34,336 bases of DNA from Nemertoderma westbladi (GCA_032718475.1 JAUCBJ010003073.1:1-34336), one strand, 5' to 3'. Positions 11,540-22,602 are shown, counted from the first letter of the stretch. The notes: generated from the sequence alone by a model not told the origin. Translations and numbers: made by a program.

Positions 11540-11690
11540 TGGATTCACCTCTATAAGCACGGGAGTTGCAGCATCTAGAGCAGAGAAACTGAATGCATCC
11601 ACCTATGAAGACCTCCCCCACCACGCCACGTCGCCAATGTGGAAACTGAGACAGTTGGACTCATTGGAAAGGAGGGCACTCTAAGTCGCC
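11540..11690 (+). pseudogene. Second, more diverged CRE-like RLE C-terminal fragment
   Basis: TGVAASRAEKLNASTYEDL then (frameshift) VANVETETVGLIGKEG parallels GGHTAEEAKTLKISKYQEL...HPVAYETLGRPGPE of the adjacent element. Confidence 0.55.
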
Positions 11691-13388
11691 ATGCTACATA
11701 GTTTAATTAGCAATATATATGTAAGTTTTAAAAAGTATAATTAGTTCCGAAATTATTGGTCTGTCAATTTTTATGAAATTTCTTTTATTTTTCCCAAGTG
11801 TGTGGTTCTCCTTTTAATTTCACAACACCAAAGAAGACAATCTAATTCCAAATATAGACATACTGTATATTGAATAAGAAATATCCCGTAGGGATCAAAC
11901 ATATGCCAAATTATTACTACAGTTGTATAATATGATTGAACATTCGTTATATTACTAGCCTACTGTAATGGGATGGTAATTACTGTAGAACTTACCTATT
12001 CATAGTTATATTAATAATAACAAATATCTGAAATACAATAGATTATAATTACAATTCAGTATATAAATTCTATAATAATTACAATTTCGTATTGTATTTT
12101 AGTGGTTCGCTACACTTACCCCCCCCCCCCCCCCCCCCTTACAGATTATTTTTACCATGGTTTGTTTTTATTTTATTTATAACCTAATTTTTTTTTCAAA
12201 TATTATTTATTTATGTAAAATACAACGGTTCTTAGACAATCTCCTATTGTACTCAATTTTTAATATTTTTCTTTAATATCACAATGTTATTTCACTTTAT
12301 TTTACTGTTATCAATGTTCGACCTTTCAATTTTATGGACTCCTGTTTCTTTTATTAAACAGCCCATGTTACTTAGATTCCCGTTTTAGTTGATATTTTGA
12401 ATGTAAATTAATTAGGCACACATAATATTTGATGCTAAACTTAATAGTAATAAATGACTTTAATTTAGTAATATTATAAAGCTATAAAGTAATACCATGG
12501 CCTGCTAGATGCGGAAATAAATGTCTGGAATTATCAGAATAATATGTCATGAAAATTTCATATTTTTTCTAATTATATAATAAATGATTTTACTAAACAG
12601 GTAGGCAGGCCTGCTTACTGTGTATTGATACTAAATATACATCAATGTAGGTGTTCGTACTTACTGTTTCAATTTATAATTTTGAGGTAGTTATGCTTAT
12701 TAATGAATTCTGCAACACCATATCTCCAAAATACAATGCCACCAGTAATACATGGGTCATTCTGGCCACAACAGCCACCATCGTAGATCTGACTACAGTG
12801 ACTACCCCTGGACACAACCTTGCTCTATGGCAGAACACTTCGGAAGTGTCGAGAGGATCCCAATAAGGAACATAGGTCACTTAACATGCATTACTTTGAT
12901 AATCTGATTGATTGACAATTGAAACATTGACATAGAACGTAAGGTCAGAGTGTGACGTGTGAACGCATGTAATATGTGATTCCATAAGAATGGAATGTTA
13001 TGATTGATTATGGCCTCTTTATGTACGAGACTTATTATATGAAGTGAACATTATGTTATTGTGACGCTTTTTCTCAGACAATTAAACCCTCGACCGGGAT
13101 TTTCCCCACTGTAAGACCCCTGATGTAGGTAGAGCTGGTAGGGCGACGATGCCAAAGATAGCGAACTACCCAAATCCCCTCCCCCACCCTCCCCCCTATC
13201 TACTGGAACCCGCACAGGATGTAATAATCCGTTGACAATATTTTGTGCTTATTTACTGGCCTAACGGCCGAATAAATCTTTACTTTAAAACTGATTTTTT
13301 TGGCTTACCGGTACTTTACTTTGTAAATTTGTACCTTGCGCATAAGAATATTATTTAGTTTTTAATAAAAGCTAACCAAAGCAGCGAA

Positions 13389-14504
13389 ATGTACCAAACT
13401 AAAGCTTTTGCAAAGAACTCAGCAGATGGACAATTTGAGGTGATTCAAATTGGAAGATTGATGACCTCGGATAACGACGTAGAAATAGAGGTGAAGTACT
13501 GTGGAGTCTGTCACGGAGATGTTGAATTCTCAGATAACCAACTAGGCAACGCCTTATACCCTTCAGTACCGGGACACGAGATTTCGGGGGTTGTCACAAA
13601 GGTGGGAAAAAATGTAGATAATTTTTCAGTCGGTGACCGCGCTGGAATCGGGTTTATGTGCGACAGTTGTCTGGAGTGTCGGAGCTGTAAGGAGGGGGAC
13701 GAAGTCGGTTGCAAGTCTGGGTTCATCCAGACTTTCAACGCCACCCCACGTTATGGGCGGGTTTCCACGAGCGAGGGTCACACTTTGGGCGGCTTCTCCG
13801 GACGAATCTCCGTACACCACCGATTTGCGGTGCGAATACCGCAGGGATACCCGCTACCCGCTGCCGGACCGGTACTCTGTGCCGGAGTAACGATGTACAA
13901 CCCGTTGAAACGATTCGGTGCTGCTTCCGGTGGTAAACGTGTGGGAATCTTGGGGTTAGGGGGCGTCGGCCAGATGGGAATCTCATTGGCTGCTGCTATG
14001 GGCAACAGAGTTACAGCCATTTCTACATCGGCCAGTAAAGAAGAGGCTGCAAAGAAAATGGGAGCTAATAATTTCATTGTATCAACCAATGATAAATCAA
14101 TGAAGAATGCATCGAATAGTCTAGATCTGATACTAAACACAATTCCAGGTGTCCACGATGTAATGAATTACATTCCCTTGCTGGCAAGGAAAGGGACCCT
14201 AGTTCAATTAGGGGCCGTTCCTACACAAACCGTTTCTGTTCCTCAATTAAGTTTTGTCTTCAATGAGATTTCGGTTGCCGGATCTCTCATTGGCTGTCTC
14301 CAAGACACCCAGGAGTGCATCGACATCTGCGCTAAATACAACATCGTCCCGGCGACGGAGCTAATCACCTGGGAGCAACTGAATGACGTGTTCAATCTAC
14401 TAAGGAATGGTAACGATAGAGCTGTTAGGTATGTGCTGGATTTGGACAAGAGTCTAGAAAAAATGTCTGTTGGCGCACGCGTTCGTATGAGCATGGTGAT
14501 TTAA
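13389..14504 (+). CDS. Zn-dependent, probably NADP-preferring alcohol dehydrogenase/aldehyde reductase of the cinnamyl alcohol dehydrogenase (CAD/YahK/Adh6-like) MDR family
   Basis: Catalytic Zn motifs CGVCHGD and PGHEISG, structural Zn CLECRSCKEGDEVGC, GPVLCAGVTMYNPL, Rossmann GLGGVG followed by ISTSASK (NADP-type), GSLIG, VRYVLD. Uninterrupted 371-aa ORF. Confidence 0.93.
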   Translation: MYQTKAFAKNSADGQFEVIQIGRLMTSDNDVEIEVKYCGVCHGDVEFSDNQLGNALYPSVPGHEISGVVTKVGKNVDNFSVGDRAGIGFMCDSCLECRSCKEGDEVGCKSGFIQTFNATPRYGRVSTSEGHTLGGFSGRISVHHRFAVRIPQGYPLPAAGPVLCAGVTMYNPLKRFGAASGGKRVGILGLGGVGQMGISLAAAMGNRVTAISTSASKEEAAKKMGANNFIVSTNDKSMKNASNSLDLILNTIPGVHDVMNYIPLLARKGTLVQLGAVPTQTVSVPQLSFVFNEISVAGSLIGCLQDTQECIDICAKYNIVPATELITWEQLNDVFNLLRNGNDRAVRYVLDLDKSLEKMSVGARVRMSMVI

Positions 14505-15689
14505 AGTTGAATAAGTGAGACGCGAGCAAGACATTTCAATCTGAATACTATTGAATGAAATTTATACTGTATGTTGGATATTTTATAGACCTCAATTGTA
14601 GGTGAATTGCTAATTTCTATTACATATTGATTGATAGTGTCTCAACCCGCCCACACAATTCTTCCTGATAAGTCTTCTCTAAACGCACTATTTCTTATCT
14701 GTATTTTTTTTTATCAACAAACCCCACTTATATTAATATCGGATGCCATTCATACTATGTCCGATAAATATGTATGTGTTAGCAGTTATTTTCGTGTTAG
14801 GTAGAATAGAGTGAAATAAAGAAATATAAATTAATTATGGAGTAATGTTTTAAAGTTTGTAATGAGTTTATCGTTTTTTTATTATGTACATTTATTGGTC
14901 GCCTTGAAATAAGCTCAGTGTGGCATCAAAGTGAAACATGGGTACATATTCATTATTTTTATTAGGCAATTTTCTCACCAAAATTGTATTACTTATTTGA
15001 AACGATGTGTTTGTGAATTTTACAATTCTTTGGAGGTGGGGTTGGCGGTTGTTTCTTCGTGTTTCGCCCTGTTTGTTCACCTCTTTTTTTTTTAATTTTT
15101 TTTGAACACATATCTACAGATTTTATATCGTTCGTTAGTACAGTCTGCATGTAGCGGCTATTGAAAAACGTCCGTTGTGGTGCCCTGGCAAACACGCAAT
15201 CCCAACCGAGTCTAACTAATGTACTCAATATCAATATGAATCAATTATTGAGTATGTAACATTCCAGTAGGCTACACACACACACACACATACACCCCTT
15301 GTGATACTACAGTAGGCCTATAATTGGTAATCGTTCTTACTGATTGACGTAAGTGTTGTAGCCATTATTGTCAACCTGAATCATTGACCTTTTATGATGG
15401 TTTAAAGTTTTTTGCGCCTAATACAATACAAAGTTCAGTGTGATACTTCAGTAGGCCTAATGTAGATATTAGGCATGGAGTTTTGTCACCTCATGTTTAT
15501 TTACATTTGGTTTAAGATAAAGTAATTAAGTTATATACACATTCGATTAAATAAAATTTGATTACATTGTGATAACAGCAGTTGAGCAGTTGTTGTTTTA
15601 TTTCCATTTATTTATATATTTCATTTGGCATGCTGTGAACTGTGAAATATTTCATGCAGCTCAAAACAACACAGAAGGTATTTTCTTTA

Positions 15690-16008
15690 TGGCTGAATGC
15701 CTTACTGTTGTTGGCAAGCTAAGAAGTATAGTAAGAGGGATTAGCATACGGGTAGCTGTTTCAACAGCCTGTCTGTTTGTCGGTCTGTCTGTCGGCTATT
15801 GTTTGAAGGCTTATAACTTAGTCAATTTTCGACCGTATTTAAGGTTTGGAATGGAAATATGTGGTCTGTCAAAAGTTTAAATATAATTTGTGCAAAGGGC
15901 TGAGCAGTTCTCCATTCTGATGCTAGTGGGGTACATGGCTTTTCAAAAGTGTAAATACTGTAGTGGTACCCTTATATTAAGCCTGCGGAAAAGGCCCCAC
16001 GAACGTTT
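15690..16008 (+). mobile_element. Helentron/DINE-1 (HINE)-like non-autonomous element remnant
   Basis: 5' imperfect palindrome (cccttact...agtaagaggg), GTCT-type microsatellite (ctgtctgtttgtcggtctgtctgtc, about 15769-15793), ataactt...ttttcgaccg core, and a downstream terminal motif aaggccccacgaacgt shared with 19066-19080. Confidence 0.5.
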
Positions 16009-16648
16009 AATATATATATATTGCGTAGAAACCATATTAAAAATATATTCTAGATAATAGGTTCCTATTATATAATTTACTCTAATTTTACATAATAACA
16101 AACTAGGTACCGGTACCGTTCTGTACTTACTGTAAACTACTGTGTATGTGTTTTGGGTGTAAACGAAACGACGAAATAATAGAATATTAAAATGTTATTT
16201 ATTTACACAATAAAACAACCAACATTATTCAATGTATTGTAGTAAGTATGCACTGTAGTAAGCCTATCTAACCATTTTCCTGCACAAAAGAAAGGGTAGG
16301 CCTACCGCCTACTGGAGTGTTATACAGTTCGGTACACAAACACACCCACCAAAATAGTTTTCACCTTTACATTTTTTGTTGAAGCCGGTGACTAGACTGG
16401 TCTACAATATTATTATATAATTAACTGGATCGTTTAAATGATCTATCGACAGTATATTTGACGTTTTACCCACCAACGTGTAGTAGGCGTAAGCCTAAAT
16501 ACATGTATGCTCACAAAATGCAGTACTGTAGCATAGGCGAACTACAGTACATACATATTGAAGTATAACAACTTTTAAAATGGTCGTAACTAAACTGAAT
16601 CATATTTTTTGTAACATTTGACAAAGTCAAATTTTAGTTACAAGCTAA

Positions 16649-17782
16649 ATGGCGATGTTTACGCAGAAGGCCATGGAAATGGTTCGATTTGCAACTTTTA
16701 TTGGTGTTAATATCATAGTGTCTTATGTATTTATATCGGCCACATGCGTAATGCAAATTGTTCGCGTATTCAGTAATTCAAACTATCACAAATGTATCGG
16801 GATATTATTTAACATGACTAACTTCATGGTTGGCTATTTAACTTTCGGTCTATCACATCCTAATAAGTACAATCTCATTGAGTACGGTGAACCAATAGAA
16901 TCGCTGTGTGATCAGCCATGTATTGTAATGGCCAATCACCAGTCACCGGTAGATATCGCTACAATAATGGCGGCCTTTAGCTCAAAAAAAGGCGGTTTGA
17001 TGGGCCGCTGTATGTGGGCCTTGTGGGACAGGCTGGTCTACAGCCATTTTGGTTTCGTATGTTGGCTACACGGTGACATGTTCATTTCCTGGAAGTCAAA
17101 AAATGTATACGATTTCATTCAAAATCACTTCTATCAGTATTATTTACGAAACCCCTCCCCCAAAGGCTTGTTTATCATTTTTCCAGAAGGTGGTTTCCAT
17201 TATAACATGATTGAGGGAAGTCGAAATTATTCGAAAAAGACCGGTTACCCAATGTTGGAGTTGGTTTGTCTTCCCAGAACAACAGCCTTAAAAGCGGTAA
17301 TCGATGTAATTAAAGAACAGAATCGATCCGAACAAAGCGAAATAAAAGAGAACAGAATCCCCAAATATCTTATCGATATGACCATAGCTTACAAGGATGC
17401 CGAAAAACCATTATATGTCATTGACATGGTGTCGGGTGCTGCGATAAGTCAAAACGTGTGCGTACATTATAGGAAGTACACTTTAAGTGAAATACCGGAA
17501 GATATAGACGGTTTTACGGAGTGGCTCAATAACCGTTTCGTTGAGAAGGAAAAGTTGATGAAAAATTTCTACAACTCGGAGTGCTTTGATGATGAAGATG
17601 AGATATTAGACAAAGCGGTGTGCCAACCAAGGCCTGTTAAGTTTTCGGATATAACTGCTTTGAGTTACTGGGCGTTACAAGGGATAATAGGGGCAGGCGC
17701 TACTCTCATATTAAAATCGGCTTTAACTAATGATTTAGATATAAGTCTATTCGATATGGGCTTTGGAATCACAGGATCTTAA
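16649..17782 (+). CDS. LPGAT1: LPGAT1-like lysophospholipid acyltransferase (PlsC family), paralog B
   Basis: 377-aa uninterrupted ORF with NHQSPVD (HX4D), FGFVCWLHGD, IFPEGGF (motif III), LPRT (motif IV), IDMTIAY, HYRKY and WLNNRFVEKEKLMKNFY. AATAAA overlaps the stop codon. Confidence 0.92.
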   Translation: MAMFTQKAMEMVRFATFIGVNIIVSYVFISATCVMQIVRVFSNSNYHKCIGILFNMTNFMVGYLTFGLSHPNKYNLIEYGEPIESLCDQPCIVMANHQSPVDIATIMAAFSSKKGGLMGRCMWALWDRLVYSHFGFVCWLHGDMFISWKSKNVYDFIQNHFYQYYLRNPSPKGLFIIFPEGGFHYNMIEGSRNYSKKTGYPMLELVCLPRTTALKAVIDVIKEQNRSEQSEIKENRIPKYLIDMTIAYKDAEKPLYVIDMVSGAAISQNVCVHYRKYTLSEIPEDIDGFTEWLNNRFVEKEKLMKNFYNSECFDDEDEILDKAVCQPRPVKFSDITALSYWALQGIIGAGATLILKSALTNDLDISLFDMGFGITGS

Positions 17783-18019
17783 ATAAAAATTAATGAAGTA
17801 GAAAATGTGTAGCAATTATATTTTTGATTGATCTATTGTTATTCCCGCACCTGTAGTTTTGTATTGAGGGTCAATATGATTTATTTCATGGATACACAGT
17901 TGGTATACGTAATAATTATATTCAAAAATTTAAAAATATATTTAATAGATCTTTCAAAATGAGTTAGTTTTTGTTGCGATTTGATTTATTTATACGAACT
18001 AAAATTCAGCAGAGCTTTT

Positions 18020-18150
18020 TTTCTGTCGGACGTCGCCTCTTAAAGAACTCGGGATTTGAAGATGTGGATAAGCTCTCGAAAGTCAAGGGCGATAGGAAGT
18101 AATGGCGGCGCAATTTGTTGATAAGCCGGCAAACGTTTTTGATGCAGAAT
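18020..18150 (+). mobile_element. Short, diverged 3' fragment of RTE-like LINE family B
   Basis: Translates RRLLKNSGFEDVDKLSKVKGDRK*WRR..VDKPA, matching the C-terminus RRILKDTGLKDADDLANVMGDRELWRCNFVDKPA of the copy at 31868-33520. Confidence 0.7.
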
Positions 18151-18374
18151 TGCGGATATAGATAAACACTGTCTACAGTAGATCTATGTGGAAACGATTA
18201 GATTTATTTAGCGATTAGCCATGTACTGTACTCTCCAAGTTTTCTTTGAAATAATAACTACAGTGGGTCTAAACGAAATTCTAGGAAGTAGAAAAAACTG
18301 GGAGTTGAGTTAGAAAAATAGAAAACCAAACCGATAATAATAATACAGTTACTTAATCACAAAAGCACTCGTAT

Positions 18375-19082
18375 GATTCCCGCATACCACTTGTAGAACA
18401 CAAGTGATAAGTTATTAGAGGTTTAACTAAATCGCGTATGAGTGAGTGAGTGAGTGAGTGAGTGAGTGAGTGAGTGAGTGAGTGAGTGAGTGAGTGAGTG
18501 AGCGAGTGAGTGAGTGAGTGATTAATTAATTATTATATAAACCACCTGGCTTCACATATTGATCGCATCCCTAGTTATTATTATTATAATGATCGTCCGC
18601 AACGAGGCATATAATGAAGACGAGTACTGCGTTGACTAAATTATTATATAAACCACCTGGCTTCACATATTGATCGCATCCCTAGTTATTATTATTATAA
18701 AGATCGTCCTAGCCTGCGTTTAAGAAATATATTTAAATACAAAACAGGACGAACGCAACGAGGCTTATAATGAAAACGAGTACTGCGTTTATTATATTCC
18801 TATAAACCACCTGGCTTTGCATATTGAACGTGCGATTGGAAATAAGTTCGTGCTACCCTTCCGTGGGTGGTAGATGTCGCGGTTATGTATTGGTGGTTGG
18901 GAAGGGTGGGGGGGGGGGGGGGGGGGGAGATTAAAAGGGGTGAACACGTACTGTCCCCCTTTCTTTGATTGATTGGTGGTGAGGGTAAATTTCTCAAAAC
19001 CTGATTTTGTGATACAGTCGCTCAATTTTAATTTGTATCTCATAACTGGCCCTCGTGCTGCGCGAAGGCCCCACGAACGTGT
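18375..19082 (+). mobile_element. HINE/DINE-1-like composite element with (GAGT)n microsatellite and an internal ~111-bp tandem duplication
   Basis: Hairpin cacttgt-agaac-acaagtg (18388-18406), (TGAG)~20, duplicated block aattattatataaaccacctggcttcacatattgatcgcatccctagt (about 18528 and 18639, diverged third copy about 18800), and 3' hairpin cctcgtgctgcgcgaaggccccacgaacgtgt (about 19051-19082). May be more than one element. Confidence 0.5.
18439..18521 (+). repeat. (GAGT)n tetranucleotide microsatellite
   Basis: About 20 units with one GAGC variant. Confidence 0.97.
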
Positions 19083-19156
19083 AACCTATCGTGTCTGTAA
19101 CCTGCTCCTTTCCCCCAATAGGGCGAAGGTTGCAAGCGGAGAAGATTGCACCAAAC

Positions 19157-19227
19157 CCATTCATACAATGGTTACTATCCATACATACAATGGTTATTAT
19201 CCATACATACAATGGTTACTACCCATA
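19157..19227 (+). repeat. Three diverged monomers of the 22-bp satellite, cut off from the main array by a LINE
   Basis: ccattcatacaatggttactat / ccatacatacaatggttattat / ccatacatacaatggttactac. Confidence 0.9.
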
Positions 19228-20231
19228 GTCTTATGGGGAGTCCTTCAGGGTGACACACTTACACCAATATTATTCGTAATTGTGGTTGATTCTACGCATG
19301 TCCAAATCATCTTAATAATGATGGGGTGATGGTAACACCCCCTAGTGGCACAAGAAATAGAGGAAATCCAGCAAAGTACCTTACTGCTCTAGACTTTGCT
19401 GAAGACTTAGGGTACTGTCAGAATCACTAGAGGGAGCCCAAAGCCTCCTCTGCTCATTGGAGCAGGTTTCTTCTAGTGTTGGCCTTTTTGTAAATTCCAA
19501 GAAGACCAAAATCATGACAGTCATACCTAGACAGCCCTCAAGTAATGTCTGATCGTAAGGGTATAAGCTCTAAGGATGGCTTGCTTGAGCATGTGGATGA
19601 TTTCTGCTACTTGGGATCATGGATCAGAAAGACAGGAGGACACCTTCGGATACGTAAGGGAAGGCATGGGCAGCGTTAAATAGTCTGTCCAGGATTTGGA
19701 AGCCCCATAGAATAAAACGGAACTATATAGTTCGATTATTTATGGCAGTAGTAGTACCAGTACTCTTATATGGGAGTCCTGGCTGGGCTCTAACTGCAGA
19801 GGATACCAAATCTATGGATGGCACTTTCACAAGAATGCTGAGCCGGGTTCATTGCGTCAAGTACAATGAACACATCTCCAATCAGGCTCTATACAACATT
19901 GGAGGTGTTCCATTAATCTCCCCTAGCTTGACACTTGAACGGAAACGCCTCCGCTTTGCAGGACATTGCTTTCGCCGTGAGGACCAGCCAAGTGCATATT
20001 CTTGTGCTTTGGCGCCCTCATGGAGTGGATAAGCATGGTGGACAGCCCATCTTAAAGCATCTTAAAGGACACTGGCCTTGAAGATGCGGATGATCTACCA
20101 AATGTCATTGGTGATAGGGAGTTGTGGCGGCGAAATATTGTCGACAAGCCGGTAAAAGCATTCTTAATATATATTTAATATATATATATATGATGCAGCT
20201 GCAATGCAGCATGCCAATCGTTGTAGTAGTA
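19228..20231 (+). mobile_element. 5'-truncated, decayed RTE-like LINE (family B, copy 1)
   Basis: Starts at VLWGVLQGDTL, has LDFAEDL, FCYLGSW, VPVLLYG and RLRFAGHCFRR, and the 3' UTR atgcagctgcaatgcagcatgcc followed by a (GTA)n tail. Collinear with 32528-33520. Frameshifts and a (TA)n run after the stop. Confidence 0.92.
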
Positions 20232-20246
20232 TCGGGGTAGTACAGC

Positions 20247-21911
20247 CCATACATACAATGGTTACTGTCCATACATACAATGGTAACTGTCTATACATAC
20301 AATGGTTTCTGTCCATACATACAATGGTTACTGTCCATACATACAATGGTTACTGTCCATACATACAATGGTTTCTGTCCATACATACAATGGTTACTGT
20401 CCATACATAAAATGGTTACTGTCCATACATACAATGGGTACTGTCCATACATACAATGGTTACTGTCCATACATACAATGGTTACTGTCCATACATACAA
20501 TGGTTACTGTCCATACATACAATGTTTACTGTCCAAACATACAATGGTTACTGTCCATACATACAATGGTTACTGTCCATACATACAATGGTTACTGTCC
20601 ATACATACAATGGTTACTGTCCATACATACAATGGTTAATGTCCATACATACAATGGTTACTGTCCATACATATAATGGTTACTGTCCATACATACACTG
20701 GTTACTGTCCATACATACAATGGTTACTGTCCATACATACAATGGTTACTGTCCATACATACAATGGTTACTGTCCAAACATACAATGGTTACTGTCCAT
20801 ACATACAATGGTTACTGTCCATACATACAATGGTTACTGTCCATACATACAATGGTTACTGTCCATACATACAATGGTTACTGTCCATACATACAATGGT
20901 TACTGTCCATAAATACAATGGTTACTGTCCATACATACAATGGTTACTGTCCATACATACAATGGTTACTGTCCAAACATACAATGGTTACTGTCCATAC
21001 ATACAATGGTTACATTCAATACATACAATGGTTACAGTCAATACATACAATGGTTACTGTCCATACATACAATGGTTACTGTCCATACATACAATGGTTA
21101 CTGTCCAAACATACAATGGTTACTGTCCATACATACAATGGTTACTGTCCATACATACAATGGTTACTGTCCATACATACAATGGTTACATTCAATACAT
21201 ACAATGGTTACAGTCAATACATACAATGGTTACTGTCCATACATACAATGGTTACTGTCCATACATACAATGGTTACTGTCCATACATACAATGGTTACT
21301 GTCCAAACATACAATGGTTACTGTCCATACATACAATGGTTACTGTCCATACATACAATGGTTACTGTCCAAACATACAATGGTTACTGTCCATATATAC
21401 AATGGTTACTGTCCATACATACAATGGTTACTGTCCATACATACAATGGTTACTGTCCATATATACAATGGTTACTGTCCATACATACAATGGTTACTGT
21501 CCATACATACAATGGTTACTGTCCATACATATAATGGTTACAGTCAATACATACAATGGTTACTGTCCATACATACAATGGTTACTGTCCATACATACAA
21601 TGGTTACTGTCCATACATACAATGGTTACTGTCCAAACATACAATGGTTACTGTCCATACATACAATGGTTACTGTCCATACATACAATGGTTACTGTCC
21701 AAACATACAATGGTTACTGTCCATATATACAATGGTTACTGTCCATACATACAATGGTTACTGTCCATACATACAATGGTTACTGTCCATATATACAATG
21801 GTTACTGTCCATACATACAATGGTTACTGTCCATACATACAATGGTTACTGTCCATACATATAATGGTTACTGTCCATACATACAATGGTTACTGTCCAT
21901 ACATACAATGG
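20247..21911 (+). repeat. 22-bp satellite (CCATACATACAATGGTTACTGT)n, about 75 copies
   Basis: Highly homogeneous head-to-tail array. Variant monomers recur at 176-bp and 330-bp spacings. Confidence 0.98.
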
Positions 21912-22278
21912 CCTCATAATTCTGTTACTGTATTATTTCACCAAATTTCTACAGAGATGATGGTTTATAATAAACCTATTAGTCATGAAATATTGGTACA
22001 TATTGGTACATATGTTGTACATACGGTATCAAATATGGATGAAATGAAAACTACATCTCACGGGGTACGAAACAATTATATTATTACAATATACTATACA
22101 TTCCTCGCCACTACTCTTGGCTTGTAAATAAAAGGGTGCTGTTGTAAGCCTATAAAGTAATAAAATAATATACCTGGTTCATTTAATTGGTAATAAATAA
22201 ATAGTTTAGTTTATATAAAAACAGAAACAATCCTACCAACCATTGGCTTTGTGGTACTGACCCACATCAGCCAGACTT

Positions 22279-22602
22279 TTAGTTGTTCTCAGCAGATCCG
22301 AGACTTTTTGGAATAAACGGCGTCCTTTCTCCGTTCCGACTCCAGAAGGTCGGAGTCACCGGTATCGCACGTCCGGAATTCTCGTCGAACGATCGACACG
22401 CTTCTATTGGCGGGCAGTAGCAGTGGAGGCTGACTGCTGTGGAGTCGTGTTTGGGGTTCTCTATACGGTGGAGACCGATAGTGTCGGATATGTAAGCGAC
22501 AGAATCGCGTTCTAGAATAGTTGTTCTAGAGCAGACCATCCCTCTCTTTTTGTTGTTCTTGGGCCAGTCGTAAAGGGTTTCCTTTAAAGTTCCGGACAAC
22601 AC
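22279..22602 (-). CDS. CDO1: Cysteine dioxygenase type 1, exon 2 (final coding exon)
   Basis: Acceptor ttttttag|GTG at 22603-22604. VLSGTLKETLYDWP...YISDTIGLHRIENP..AVSLHCYCPP..CRSFD...TFWSRNGERTP contains the third Fe-ligand His and the S-x-H-x-Y motif. Phase-0 join to exon 1 gives 199 aa. Confidence 0.93.
   Translation of the reverse strand: MLSGTLKETLYDWPKNNKKRGMVCSRTTILERDSVAYISDTIGLHRIENPKHDSTAVSLHCYCPPIEACRSFDENSGRAIPVTPTFWSRNGERTPFIPKSLGSAENN

Noticed and set aside
12119-12138. Poly-C run (also poly-G at about 18909-18928)
   Set aside because: Simple homopolymers of unreliable length, with no further structure.
12651-12900. Short GC-richer ORF-like segment upstream of the ADH gene
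   Set aside because: No recognisable motif in the frames I read; cannot be supported as an exon or TE without a search.
20204-22127. Long ORFs (up to 487 aa) of MVTVHTYNGYCPYIQWLLSIHT repeats
   Set aside because: By-product of a stop-free 22-bp satellite: the same peptide appears in all three frames and there is no unique coding sequence.
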